Assembly (NCBI GenBank): GCA_002104905.1
Contig: MCFE01000393.1
Location: forward strand, 1-64,000
DNA from: Basidiobolus meristosporus CBS 931.73
Lineage: Eukaryota; Fungi; Basidiobolomycota
DNA: 64,000 bases
Direction: 5' to 3'
Below the pieces are notes generated by a model, which was not told where the DNA came from, did no database searches, and saw only the letters and a program-made list of their open reading frames with translations. The position numbers and the translations under genes were made by a program. Numbering within the stretch: the stretch's first letter is position 1; each line of letters opens with the position of its first letter. Shown one piece after another: positions 12,299-24,932 of this stretch.

Positions 12299-15200
12299 AT
12301 GAAAATCATTTCACTGGTGATAGCAGCGGCTACTATTAGCTCTGGCATCACAGTTGACTCAAAGAGCACCTCAAGTCTAGAGTCAAAAGCTTGCATTCCT
12401 GGCCAAGTGGAGTGCCAACACTCCGGGGTATCCTCAACATATTATACATGCCTAGGCGATAGAACCATTCATGCAGAATGCGGTGAAGGGCTTGCTTGCA
12501 TCCAGCAGGGCAGTAGCATTAAATGCATGAATCCATCTGGAGTTGTACCTCAGGGTGATCATAATGATTCTGCAAGAACAAAGCTTCTTAAAAGAGATAG
12601 CGAACCAGGCTTACAACTAACCAGTCAAGATTGTACCGGCATCATGGAAGGTCCAGAGCATTGTGTGCAATCCGGGAAATCGCCTCTGCGGTCCCAATGC
12701 GATAAAGCCTTGCACCTCAGACCGCTAGCAAGGAATCAGCTTTCGTCTCCTTCGATTCCACTTTGCCTCAACTAGGATCCAGATGCACAGATAAAGAGGT
12801 GTATTGTCATAAGGAAGGAGTATCAAGTAAGTATGTATGGTGCGGATCGGGAAAACTGGTAGAAAACACTTGTCCTGGAGGTACTGTATGCTCTAGAAAA
12901 GGTGATACTGCATGGTGCTTGGCGCCAGAAGAAATTGATCACAGCTCGAACCCTCCTACAAAGCCCTATCCATCTGCGTGTGATACAAAACTGGCATGCT
13001 CCCCGCAACGTACCTGCGAGGCAAGTGGAGAGTCTGGCCGTTACTCAGAGTGCATCAATGGCATTTTCATATGGGACACCTGCGGAGGTAACGATCTATG
13101 CTATAAACGCGGCGATTCAGTGATGTGTCTATATCGCCCGATAGTTACCACAACTTCATCAACAACCACTCTACTATCTACAAGCCTACAAACGAGCTCC
13201 CCAACTACGACGCTGGTGACCAGTACCTCTAATTCACGAACCACCGATTCAGCAGGTCCTGAAGAAACAAGTCATAGCAATACTACCGCTACCACTGAGG
13301 ATGTTACATCGGAGTCCTCCAACAGCGAAATAGTAACAACCACTACCACTTCTGAGTCTATCGTAACAGATACAGTTTCGCCATCTACAGAACCCGTAGA
13401 TAATATTGGGCCAACGTACACTAGTAATACCTGGACCCCCGAGATAGGCACATCAATTAGCTCTAGTACGCCACAAACAAACTCAGTAGCACCAACTACT
13501 CCCATTGATCAGCCTACTGTGACCTCGGGTGATGAAAAGACCATACAAACAACCGTTACCAACGCCACTGAATCCATGCCAGTTTCCCAATCTACCGAAT
13601 CTGTCAACGAAAATAAGCCAATAGTCTCCAGCAATAGCGGGTCTTCTGATCCTAGCACACTGACTGGGTCAAGCACAACTCAAATAATCTCGGAATCCAC
13701 AAGTGATGGAGCCTCAACCCATACAATCACTTACGAGTCCAGTAGTAGTATAACCGAGCCATCGGATAGTGAACAAGATCCCTCTACTAGCGCCAATGAC
13801 ATGAGCATTTCAATAGCATCCAACCTAAGTACCACCATCGAGAGTAATACCGTTATGCTGCCAACTGTGTCTGCCGATGAGGAGCCTGCACAAACAGACA
13901 TTGCCAAGCCCACCGGGACATATACCTCACTGGAAAGCAATGACCCTCAGCTCCCTGTTATATCATCCTATATGACTTCGATTGAGTCCGCAGTAAATAC
14001 CCAGTCCACTGAAACATCTATCTCCTCCAATAACCCAGATGCAGCCACATCCTCACTGTCCAGTACATCTCTCGAAGCTGATTTAGAAATCTTGCCTACC
14101 CCAACAGGTACTACCGACATGACTATTACGGTGACATCAACATCTTCCATTGGAAGTGGCACTATTGCTCCACCATCCGGTGATGAAACTGACATTCCCG
14201 ATAATAGTGAGGCAGACACCCCATTGGAGAGTAGCAACACTTCAATATCTACTGCTTCATCTAACAATCCAGAGATAACCACAACTGTTTCGTTGGAGTC
14301 TAGCAACTCAAATGAGTTGAGTTCATCTTTCGGGCCTATCAGCTCTACAGAAGAGGAGGAGCCTACGAACACCACTGCTACTGGATCTCTAGGAGTCGTT
14401 ACTTCAACCGATTCGAGGACATCGCAGGAGACCTCTGAGCCCGAGAGTGAAAATACTCCCACGAGTACCAGTACCGGTGAATCAAGTGGAAGTAGTTCAT
14501 CCCAGCAGCCAACTCCACCACCAGAAAATGATCTGCTACCCTCGACGAGTATCACTGGAATGACCTCTATGGTGACATTGACTGATTCTACTGAAAGCGG
14601 TACTGCTCCAACTAGCGAGGAAGCCACTACTCCTATTACTGCTACCATGGAGTCTAGTGTCACGTACACCACTACCGTGCCACCCTCAGTTTCGCAATCT
14701 ACTGAACTGACTGATGCAGAAAGCCCAACATATCCGACTAACACTGATCCCGCTGAAGTAGCCACACCGACAGAGTCCACCACGTCCCATGACGCCTCTG
14801 GGTCTCATAGTCAAAGTACGCCCACCCATGCACACACCCATGCGTCCAGTGGAAGCAGTACTTCTCTTCAGTCAACAGTGTCCACCGATGATGAGCATAC
14901 ATCCTCAACATACACCACTGGCATGACTCATACTTTGATGCCAACTGCATCTGCGGATAGCATTATTTCCACGCTGTCCACTGTGCCATCTGACAATGAA
15001 GAGACCACACATCCAAGCACATCCAGTACCACAGAAACCGGAGTCTTAACCGAAAGCAGTGATACACACCCACCTGCAGCATCGTCCGGTAACCCGCACA
15101 TAACCATAACTGCTACTGTTGGACCCAGCGACTCGTATACTTCTGCTGAGACAGCTCCAACTCCCGAGCCTACCAGCAATACAGAAGAGAAAGAACCTAC

Positions 15201-18200
15201 TCACGCCACTGCTTCTGGATCTCTAGAAGTCGTTACTTCAGCCGATTCGAGCACATCTCAGGAGACTACTGAGCCCGAGAGTGAAAATACTCGCACTGCT
15301 ACCAGTACTGACGAATCAAGTGAGAGTAGTCCGTCTCAGCAGCCAACCAAGCCGCCAAATAACGACCTTCTTCCTTCAGTAAGTACTACTGATGTGGCCA
15401 TAACTGTGACATCAACCACACCCGCTGGTAGTAGCATCGTAACACTGTCAACTGTAGCGTCGGATGATGAAGTGGCTACGAATACAGTGACCAATACCTC
15501 ATTGGAGAGTAGCGATACTTCAGTATCTACTGACTCGTCTGGCAACCCGCAGATAACCATAACTGTTACCCTGGAGCCTAGCGACATGTACACTTCTGCC
15601 GGGTCGGCTTCAGCTCTTGAATCATCCAGCTCTACAGAAGAGGAGGAGCCTACTCACACCACTACTACTGGATCGCCAGAGGTCGTTACTTCAGCTGATT
15701 CGAGCACATCTCAGGAGACTACTGAGCTAGAGAGTGAAAATGCTCCCACTCTTACCAGCACTGGTGAATCAAGTGGAAGTAGTTCATCCCAGCAGCCAAC
15801 TCCACCACCAGAAAATGATCTGCTGCCCTCAATGAGTATCACTGACATGACCTCTATGGTGACATTGACTAATTCTACTGAAAGCGATACTGCTACCATG
15901 GAGTCTAGTGTCACGTACACCACTACCGTGCCACCCTCAGTTTCGCAATCCACTGAACTGACTGATGCAGAAAGCCCAACATATCCGACTAACACTGATC
16001 CCGCTGAAGTAGCCACACCGACAGAGTCCACCATGTCCCACGACGCCTCTGGGTCTGATAGTCAAAGTACGCCCACCCATGCACACACCCATGCGTCCAG
16101 TGGAAGCAGTACTTCTCTTCAGTCGACAGAGTCCACCGATGATGAGCACACATCCTCAACATACACCACTGGCATGACTCATACTTTGATGCCAACTGCA
16201 TCTGCGGATAGCAGTATTTCTACGCTGTCCACTGTGCCATCTGACAATGAAGAGACCACACATCCAAGCACATCCAGGACCACAGAAACCGGAGCCTTAA
16301 CCGAAAGCAGTGATACACACCCACCTACTACATCGTCCGGCAACCCGCACATAACCATAACTGCTACTGTTGAACCCAGCGACTCGTATACTTCTGCTGA
16401 GACAGCTCCAACTCCCGAGCCTACCAGCACTACAGAAGAGAAAGAACCTACTCACGCCACTGCTTCTGGATCTCTAGAAGACGCTACTTCAGCCGATTCG
16501 AGCACATCTCAGGAGACTACTGAGCCCGAGAGTGAAAATACTCGCACTCCTACCAGTACTGACGAATCAAGTGAGAGTAGTCCGTCTCAGCAGCCAACCA
16601 AGCCGCCAAATAACGACCTACTTCCTTCAGTAAGTACTACTGATGTGACCATTACTGTGACATCAACCACACCCGCTGGTAGTAGCATCGTAACACTGTC
16701 AACTGTAACGTCGGATGATGAAGTGACTACGGATACAGAGACCAATACCTCATTGGAGAGTAGCGTTACTTCAGTATCTACTGCTTCGTCTGGCAACCCG
16801 CCGATAACCATAACTGTTACCCTGGAGCCTAGCGACATGCACACTTCTGCTGGGCCTGCTTCAACCCCCGAGCCCTCCAGCTCTACAGAAGAGGAGGAGC
16901 CTACTCACACCACTACTACTGGATCTCAAGAAGTCATTACTTCAGCTGGCTCGAGCACATCGCAGGAGACTTCTGAACCCGGTAGTGGTAGTGCATCTAC
17001 TTCTACCGACACCAATGTATCTAGTGGAAGTAATCCATCTCAGCAGCCTTCCAAGCCGGCAAGTAATGACCTACTGCCCTCATCAAGTACCACCGGCATG
17101 ACCATAACTGTGACATTGACTGTTTCTGATGAAAGTAGCATTGTTTCTCTTCCTACTGTGCCATCAAATGATGGACAAATTACACATACTGACATTCCCA
17201 GACCCACAGAGACATACGTTTCATCGGAGAGTAGTGGTTCTCCTCTTCTTACTGCTTCATCTGACGATTCACAAAGAACTATAACTGCACCTACCCAGAC
17301 CACTGTATTCTCAGAAGACGGAATTGTTACTCGTACTACAAATACTGGCACCACCGAAGTAGTTGTACCAACCAAATCGAGTGCTGCACAGGGGCCTGAG
17401 GATCTCGAGAGTGAGAATTCATCCTACTCTACAAGCACCAGTACATCTGAGCAGCCAACCGGGTCTTCTGACATCGAGCAGGTTCTTTCAACAGCCATAG
17501 CTGATATGACCGTTACTGTGACATCAACTGCATCTGTTGATAGCATTACCGTAACACTTTCAACTGTAGCATCAGATGATGAAGTGACTACGAATACAGA
17601 GACCAGTACCTCATTGGAGAGTAGCGATACTTCAATATCTACTACTTCATCTGACAATCCGCAGATAACCATAACTGTTACCCTGGAGCATAGCGACTTG
17701 CATACTTCTGCTGAGTCAGCTTCAACCCCTGAGCCCACTCACACCACTGTTACTGGATCTCTAGAAGTCGTTACTTCAGCTGATTCGAGCACATCGCAGG
17801 AGACTTCTGAGCCCGAAAGCGAAAAAGCACCCACTCCTACAAGTACCGATGAATCTGATGATAGTAGAACTTCTCAACAGCCCGTTAAGCCGTCAGACAA
17901 CGAGCTGGCCCCCTCAACAAGTACCGCCGACATAGCTCTTACGGAGACATTGACTGTTTCTGGTGATGAAGCAACTACACACACCGATATTACGAAGCCC
18001 ACAGAGACAGACAGTTCAATGGGGAGTAATGATTCTCCATTACCCACCCCATCATCGAACAATCCGCAGATAACCACGACTATTACCGTGGCCAGTGGAA
18101 GCAACACGTCCCATCAGTCAATCGAGTCGACTGATGCCAAACACACACCTATGACCATTACTGTGTCGGCGCTAAGTAATACTGCTACTTCGTCAGACAA

Positions 18201-18969
18201 TGAGGAATCAACGGAAATGGTCACCCCAATTGAGAGCAGCGCTCCATCTGACAGCCCGCAAATAACTATAACTGTCACCGTGGTACCTAGCGACACTTCG
18301 ATTGCAATTTCACCGGAAAAATCATCTAGTGGAAGTAATACCGCCCTTCAGACAATCGAAGCGTCGGATATTATACCCTCAACGAGTACCGATCACACCA
18401 TCACTTTAACATCACTTGAAAGTAGTGGTATAGATATCTTACCTACAGAGCCTACACAAATAGACACTCCCACGTCCACAGTAACCGTTACTACAGCTAG
18501 TCACGGTGACGGACCTGAGATATCTGTTCATACAAAAACAGTTACGTTGACTAAGCCTTCACACTTAACACAATCCACTTGGGTTCAAGGAGGCGCTGGC
18601 GGATCTGTGACCAAAGTCACAAAAACCAAAAGTCTCGGCATTTCCACCTCTTCGAAAGAGACGATAACAGTGACAGTTCATGATACACCTTCCGAACTCA
18701 ACTATTGTACCCCTACAACAGTTACGGCACCTCCAAAAATTGTAACTGTCAAGGCACCACGTATCACAGTTACGGTGTCTTCTACTGTCACCATTTTCCG
18801 TGATAAACCCACAGGTCTACCCTGTGAAGACAATACTTACACATGTGCTAGACCAGGAATCTCCACCAGATTTGCGCAATGTGTTCATGGAAAGTGGGTT
18901 GAATTCGATTGTGCCGAGGGTACTGTGTGTAAAACCTCAGGTAACTCTGTCATTTGTGACTGGATGTAG
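12299..18969 (+). CDS. Giant secreted Ser/Thr-rich mucin-like protein with CBM19-like Cys modules at both ends (apparent frameshift at ~12705-12775)
   Basis: TATAAAT at 12261 and signal peptide MKIISLVIAAATISSG. Five modules of pattern C-x6-C-x3-G-x-S-x5-C-x9-C-x2-G-x2-C-x3-G-x4-C (module 2 truncated), with a ~1,700-aa S/T/E/P stalk. ORFs 12278-12775 and 12763-18969 need a -1 shift to join. Confidence 0.75.
14340..16870 (+). repeat. In-frame ~1,251-nt (417-aa) intragenic direct duplication with nested shorter subrepeats
   Basis: gctaccatggagtctagtgtcacg occurs at 14641 and 15892, and antisense ORF pairs are offset by exactly 1251. Subunits (SSQQP...NDLLPS, SGNPQITITVT) recur to ~18300. Confidence 0.9.
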
Positions 18970-19298
18970 GAGCCACGTTAGAATGGGAAAAGGAAATAAA
19001 GAAGTTTGACGTTATTATATACCATGATAGTCCACTTTCTTCTCACTTTCGATTCCCCACTTCAAATAATCTATGATGCCTCGTATGCATGCTAGCAAGA
19101 GACGGTGGACTATGTCGTCCTCGTCAAATGTGGGAAAGCATTGCTTCTGAACTAGATTCGCACTGTCCGAAGTAGTGTATTATGAAGATTTTATTAAAGA
19201 GATACAATATACATTCTAGTATGTCGTGTCAAGCAACATGGATATAACTGGTTACGAATCTACACCCATTTACATGAATGCCCGGATATTTACAAACA

Positions 19299-20479
19299 TT
19301 ATGCATTTTGGCAGGTGGAACTATTACATTCTCGCATTTCGTTATCAGAAATCTCACCATGAAGACGATATTCATGAAGACAAGGTGCATCAAAGATTCT
19401 CCCCGAGTAGGCTCTACGTAAGGTTCTTGCGGAGACATACAGCCATACCAGAACCAGGACACAGATGAAAAATGAGCTAGGCCGCGGAAGAATCTCGAGT
19501 GTGTTGCAACAGCGATGTTTAGCGTTCCAGCGGTGTAGACCCCTAAGGGAAACGTAAGCCCCCACCAACCCATGTTGAAGGGAACATGGGATTTGGATCG
19601 GACTGATAGAGATATCACAGCAAAGCACAAATACCACAGGCCATAGCCCCAGAGGAAAAATGCTATGATGATACATACCGTGAAGGCACTGTCACCAAAT
19701 CCCGGCGCATATGTGTCGCCAATTATCTTCTGGCAAGCCCGGCCTAGTTCAATGATCCCGTATGTACCCTGACCCAAAGGCCCTACAGGCAGAAAGGTAG
19801 TGATAATAACATCCTCTCCGGGGACATTATAGGCTACCAGTCTGTAGAAATAGATTCCTATCACGGGGAAAGCCAGCGAAAGACCGCATCCCAAAGTGAT
19901 AGCGGAAATAGTAAGGATCATGATGGCCCTGTGGCCTTCTGCCTCTAAGAAACGAGAAAGATAACAACCAGAAGCGCCAGTAACCACAGCTGGAACAAGC
20001 GGTAGGAGCCACGACCCATTCATTATATCAATGCTGTGTTCTTGGTATATCATCATGCAAAATGGGATGCCAAGGATGCTCAGAATTGTCAAGGAGAACT
20101 CGATCCACCAGAGAACATAAGCCAACTCGATGGCCCATGAGTGGGAGGGGACCAGAACAAGAACAGTATAATTGGTGATGGTAGTCAACCCCATAGGTAT
20201 GGTACTGAGCATCAGACTCTGATGATGCCTGAGCATTGCTGGAATCACCTCAGGGAACATGAACAGCCTAACGATAAACACGATGGAGAAGAGACTGAAC
20301 ATACAAACGTTGGCCAGATAGAATATGGTGCCGATGATCACCATGCCACGAAATGGGAAGGGGAAATTGGCAATGAGGATTCCAGTAATCCCGGTTCCCA
20401 TGTTCACGGCAAACCATGATGGAGTGAAATGTCGGATAACCTCGCGTGGGTGTGGCAATTCGTGAAATGGCGGTTTCAT
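19299..20479 (-). CDS. SSU1: TDT/SLAC1-family transporter, Ssu1 sulfite efflux/Mae1-like (apparent 1-nt frameshift at ~19478)
   Basis: HFTPSWFAVNMGTG, W...VPAVV, PVGPLGQG and WWGLTFPLGVY motifs. The expected final TM and IFDAPCL tail lie in the adjacent frame (ORF 19299-19676). Confidence 0.85.
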
Positions 20480-20886
20480 GGCAACAGGAAAGTGAGGTTG
20501 GGTTTCGAGGCTGTTGTGCGCGTTTTATACGCCTCTCCCAATCGACATTGGGTGTAAAGTTATACCGTTTGGCCCTATTGACCAATCTTGGTTATTCCAC
20601 GCTGTATCAGATATCCGCATTCAACCAACCGATCCTTCTCCCATATGGCCAATGACGTTGAAACCTTGGCCTTCTTACAATTGGTGCGTGATCACTACCC
20701 GACAGTTGTGCCATATTTCATTGTATGTAATAATCTATATACCCCGTGTACTTAGCCCGCATGGCATTTGACAGTCTGGTTGTTAGTACTGTCATGTGTG
20801 GATGTTGGTGGCGAGACTGATCAATGATAAGCTGCATTGCAATTCTTTGGGCTAATCAGGTCTGCCACTACCAATTTGGTACTTTA

Positions 20887-22227
20887 TTATTGTAGATGGT
20901 TTGCCAGTTGCCGCCATCCTCCGATGTTGCGTAGAACATCTAACCACCCTTTGGCTAGCTCTCCCTGCCCCCATGCCAGTTTGCATAGTAAAGAGTTGGG
21001 TGCATTCGTGGCAACGGCATGATGTGGTTCTGATACTGATAAACTCGCATCTTTGAGCTCGATGCACATAACTGAGCCTAACCTAGTCTGGGGATCTTTG
21101 GTGCTATGTTCGTTTTGGTTGCTGGCTTGCTTGGCGTACCTTCCGGTCGCTCGCTAGGAGCAGGGGATGAGGCCAAAGCGAGGGATGATCTATACATGTT
21201 TCCAACTACGGATCATCGAGAGGTTGGTTAGCTCTATACATGGCACTGAGAAGTATTAAGAACAAACCTGGCTTCTTTGATGGATGCTTCCTGGTCTGAG
21301 TTCCTATCTGTAAAGGAAGCCTCGTTGGACTTTGAAAAGCTGACCAAATCGGTAAATATTAGGAACCTCATTGACACAAATATCTACATGTTGGAATATG
21401 TACTTATGCCGGGCTTCTTTTTCCGAGCCTTTCCTGGTGAAACAAGTCGCTCCTTGGCATATTCCGCCAGGGAACTCTCTTCATCACTACTGGTTGCAGA
21501 TATCTCTTCGAAATTTTGAGATGGCCTACTTTGCGGACTACGTACTGCGTTCAGCAATGCTGATACCGCTATATGCCGTGGAGTTTTCTGCTGACCTTTC
21601 TTATGTGATGGAGTAACGGTCTTTGGGGTTTTCGTAAAGTCGAGAGTATGAATGAGACCAGCATTTTGGCCGTTTTCTTTTCTCTCTGAACTTTTGTAAA
21701 CAAATTTCGATACTGGCGTGCTGCTTCGGACAGACTGATTTCGACCAGGCATTTCATCAGCGAGCTCAATTTGGTCGACTGTTTCGGCGGCACCTTTTCT
21801 TTTCTTAACAGGAGGAGCAGCTTCGATATCGTCGAAATAGAAGGTGGGTATATCTAAATGGCGGAGGTAATGGTTCCGGAGAGGGCTGAGGGTGTGCGTG
21901 GGATGAACTCTCCGCTTGGCTCTCGTCTCCGCAAGTTTGGCTCCATTGGGATACTCGGGCTGTGCTCGTGCACTTCTAACAAACCAAAAACTGGGCTTAT
22001 TGACATACCAAGCCTTAGAAAGCTATAAATTAGGTTAGCGAATGGAAATATACAATGCGTTTCTTAGACGTTCACCGTCACTAGGAACCATAATATAACA
22101 CATCCTGTTAGTTTCAGCTGGATAAACAAGTCCCCTGCAATGGAATTTGCCGCAGTTACGGAAGATCAAAACGATTTAAAGGACCTCCTAAGCACAATAG
22201 GAAGATTTACTCAACATTCTTGATCAT
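20887..22227 (-). CDS. Hypothetical multi-exon basic/low-complexity protein
   Basis: Several canonical introns (GTACAT, GTTTGT...GCTAAC...TAG, GTTAGG...CAG) link ORFs 21384-21752 and 20887-21069 into a frame with NLS-like PVKKRKG and RKKKP. The 5' exon structure is unresolved. Confidence 0.45.
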
Positions 22228-22335
22228 TAATTGGTGTTTTATGCATTCTTTTTTCAGGAACCGTTCCTTCACAAATACGGACAATTTGTGAAGCGCTAAG
22301 GCTGTTTATATCTTTATTTCTTGCAAAAGACAAAG

Positions 22336-23321
22336 ATGGCTAGCATTGTCCCACATCTGGCATCGCCTTCGACATATCGCGACCAACAATACCAGGTACC
22401 TTTTGACGATCTCTACCCGGCTGTGGGGCAAGACAGTAATCTGACCATCTTTTCGCCACTAGGGAACACGCTCCCAGTTGCAAAATGAGCTAGGAAACTC
22501 CACCACCATCTATGTAGGAAATCTTTCTTTTTTCACCAGCGAGGAGCAGATCTATGAGCTATTCCAAAAGTGTGGCGAAATCAAACGTATTATCATGGGC
22601 CTAGATCGTATTCAAAAGACCCCTTGTGGTTTTTGTTTTGTAGAGTAAGTCCCTACTCCCTTCAAGCCTTTCCATTAACCTGTATACTTACTGTTCTACA
22701 AAGATACTACCATCACCAAGACGCAGTAGATTGTATGAAATACGTGAACGGAACGAAATTAGATGAACGCATAATTCGTACGGACCTTGATCCTGGTTTT
22801 AGAGAGGGACGTCAATTTGGACGTGGCCGAAGCGGCGGTCAGGTATGTGAGGAGCATTTACGCTACTTCGGATTTGTAGGCGTTAAGTGTCGAATATCAA
22901 ACCAGGTTCGTGACGAATACCGTCAAGAGTACGACCCTGGCAGAGGTGGATGGGGTCATATTCGTGCACGTCAAGAAAGAGAAAGAGAAAAGGAGCAAAA
23001 AGCCAACTACGAAGCTATTACAACCATCCCACAAGGTGCATCATTGGAATACTCTGGAAGAAGATCAAGTAAATGCGTATCCCTTAGCTCACTTAGCATC
23101 GAACGTGTACTAAACATTATTCTAACACAGCACCTAGCAATAAGAGAGGAAGACAAGAGATGGACAGCCCACTGGCCGCGAAAAGATCAAGAGATGAGGC
23201 TCAGGTAGGAATATTCTCAGGTCTACTCAACGTCACGATGCTAATGCATGCTTTATTGTAGAATCCGAGATTTAGAGAGTCTGATGAGAAGTCTGACGAA
23301 GAAGACGATATGCAATCTTAA
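22336..23321 (+). CDS. NCBP2: Nuclear cap-binding protein subunit 2 (CBP20)
   Basis: [35 protein letters not shown]...[37 protein letters not shown] and C-terminal NPRFRE. Five canonical introns. Confidence 0.97.
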
Positions 23322-23450
23322 GCAATCCTTCAATACTGTACTTGATTTTTCCATCCCAAATATCTCTAGCTGCCGTGGGCGGTGGTTCTCATGGAGTTTG
23401 ATGTTATTTTTGACAAATATCTTTCGAAATAAAAACTGAATTCATCATTT

Positions 23451-23473
23451 GGGATTGGGATTGGGATTTGGGG
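23451..23473 (+). promoter_or_regulatory. G-quadruplex-capable (GGGATT)n tract upstream of MED6
   Basis: gggattgggattgggatttgggg has four G3+ runs ~110 nt before ATG 23582. Confidence 0.4.
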
Positions 23474-23581
23474 ATTTCTATCGACAGATCATATGCCTAG
23501 TCCATGGGGTCACGTGAATCGGTGAAGCTATTTACACGTCAAGTCCTGTCGCTGAAACGACAGCATAGAACAACGTATAAC

Positions 23582-24932
23582 ATGGAAGAGGATTTAACAA
23601 ATCTAGAGTGGCGCTTTTCAGAGTGGCTAGTGGTAAGGGAATTACTGTCAAAGTTGTAATAGCTCTTTCTTTCAATCGATCTTCCGATGCATCCCAACGT
23701 TGCTTGAGCTTTTTGGCAAGTCCCTTTTCGGAAATGCACGAATTGATAAGAGAGAGATGTCGGATCGTTAAGAAGCGCTATTCTAAAACCCCCTCGTTAC
23801 GTGATATGTAGCAAGCTGGCGGATTGAACCCTCAAAATGTTTTGGAATACTTCAGTTTATCGCCGTATTGGGATCCTGAGAGCAACAATGCGATCTTGAA
23901 GATGCAGACACAATTTAACGAACTCGAACCATTAGATATGAAATTGCGGTACATTTCTTCTGGAGCATTCCTTTTGCACTTGAAAGCTACTAAGAAGCCC
24001 TTTTTCTCAACCAAATATAGAGAAATGACTGGAATTGAATTTGTCCTGGCTCACGAGCGCTGGCCCGTATTATTTGTCATTCGAAAGCAAAGACGCCGAA
24101 GCCCCGACGAAGGTGAGTGGTCATTTACGTGGTGTATTCACCGAATCACAAGGAATGACACCACTTCAGCAATCCCTATAGCGACATACTACATTATCAA
24201 CGGGAACATTTATCAATCACCAGATTTATATTCCGTCATGGCTAATCGTATGGTACGGTCAACAATGAGCTCGGTATTGACAGACAAACCTTAAGCCTAA
24301 GCCCCAAATCCTAAACCCACCCTAGCTCACAAGCCTTACACATCTGCAAAGCGCATTTAGAGAAGCGCACAAATTTGCCGAGTTTCATCCATCCCGTGGA
24401 TACAGTTGGAAAATTGAGACAGAAAAAAGCCAAAACCCTTCAGGGCAACGAGGTATGGTTGGGTTGAACGGATGGACGTGCACCACCTCAGACTAACATC
24501 CTCTCAACGCAGACAATCCTGGCGGCTCGCTGCTAAGGCAACAAGAAGTCAAGGAATATCGGAGCTGCATAGACAGAGCCATCTACACTGCTGGCATCAA
24601 GCTCCCAACTGAACAGACCAATGATGTGTCAAACAGCAAAAAAGCGGGATTAACGCTAACCTCGATTCAGTCAGTGATGAGCAAAGCGGTAAGTGGCATC
24701 ATCATATCGGAATACGGCCCAGCGCATTGATCGGCCATATTTTTAATCAACTCTAGGCAATGGCCGCGCAAAAAGCGCAGCTAGGTAAGTGCATTTAGTC
24801 AGCTAGCATGAGGCCATTCTGACCATCCAACTATTGATAGAATTGGCTGAACAGCAGAGCCTCAAGCGTAAGAAAAGGCCAGATCAAGATCTTTCATCGC
24901 TCAGAAAGAAGAAAAAAAAGAAGAGCGATTAA
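23582..24932 (+). CDS. MED6: Mediator complex subunit 6
   Basis: MEEDLTNLEWRFSEWL, GLNPQNVLEYF..SPYWD..SNN..LKMQ, MTGIEF, LFVIRKQRR, YYIINGNIYQSPDLYSV...R. Canonical introns; Lys-rich tail ending at TAA 24932. Confidence 0.93.

Noticed and set aside
13272-18296. Many Val/Ser-rich minus-strand ORFs in the ORF track
   Set aside because: They are antisense shadows of the Thr/Ser-rich mucin codons.
22005-22025. In-frame TGA at an exon junction as selenocysteine
   Set aside because: It depends on an unverified exon model. No redox motif or SECIS was identified.
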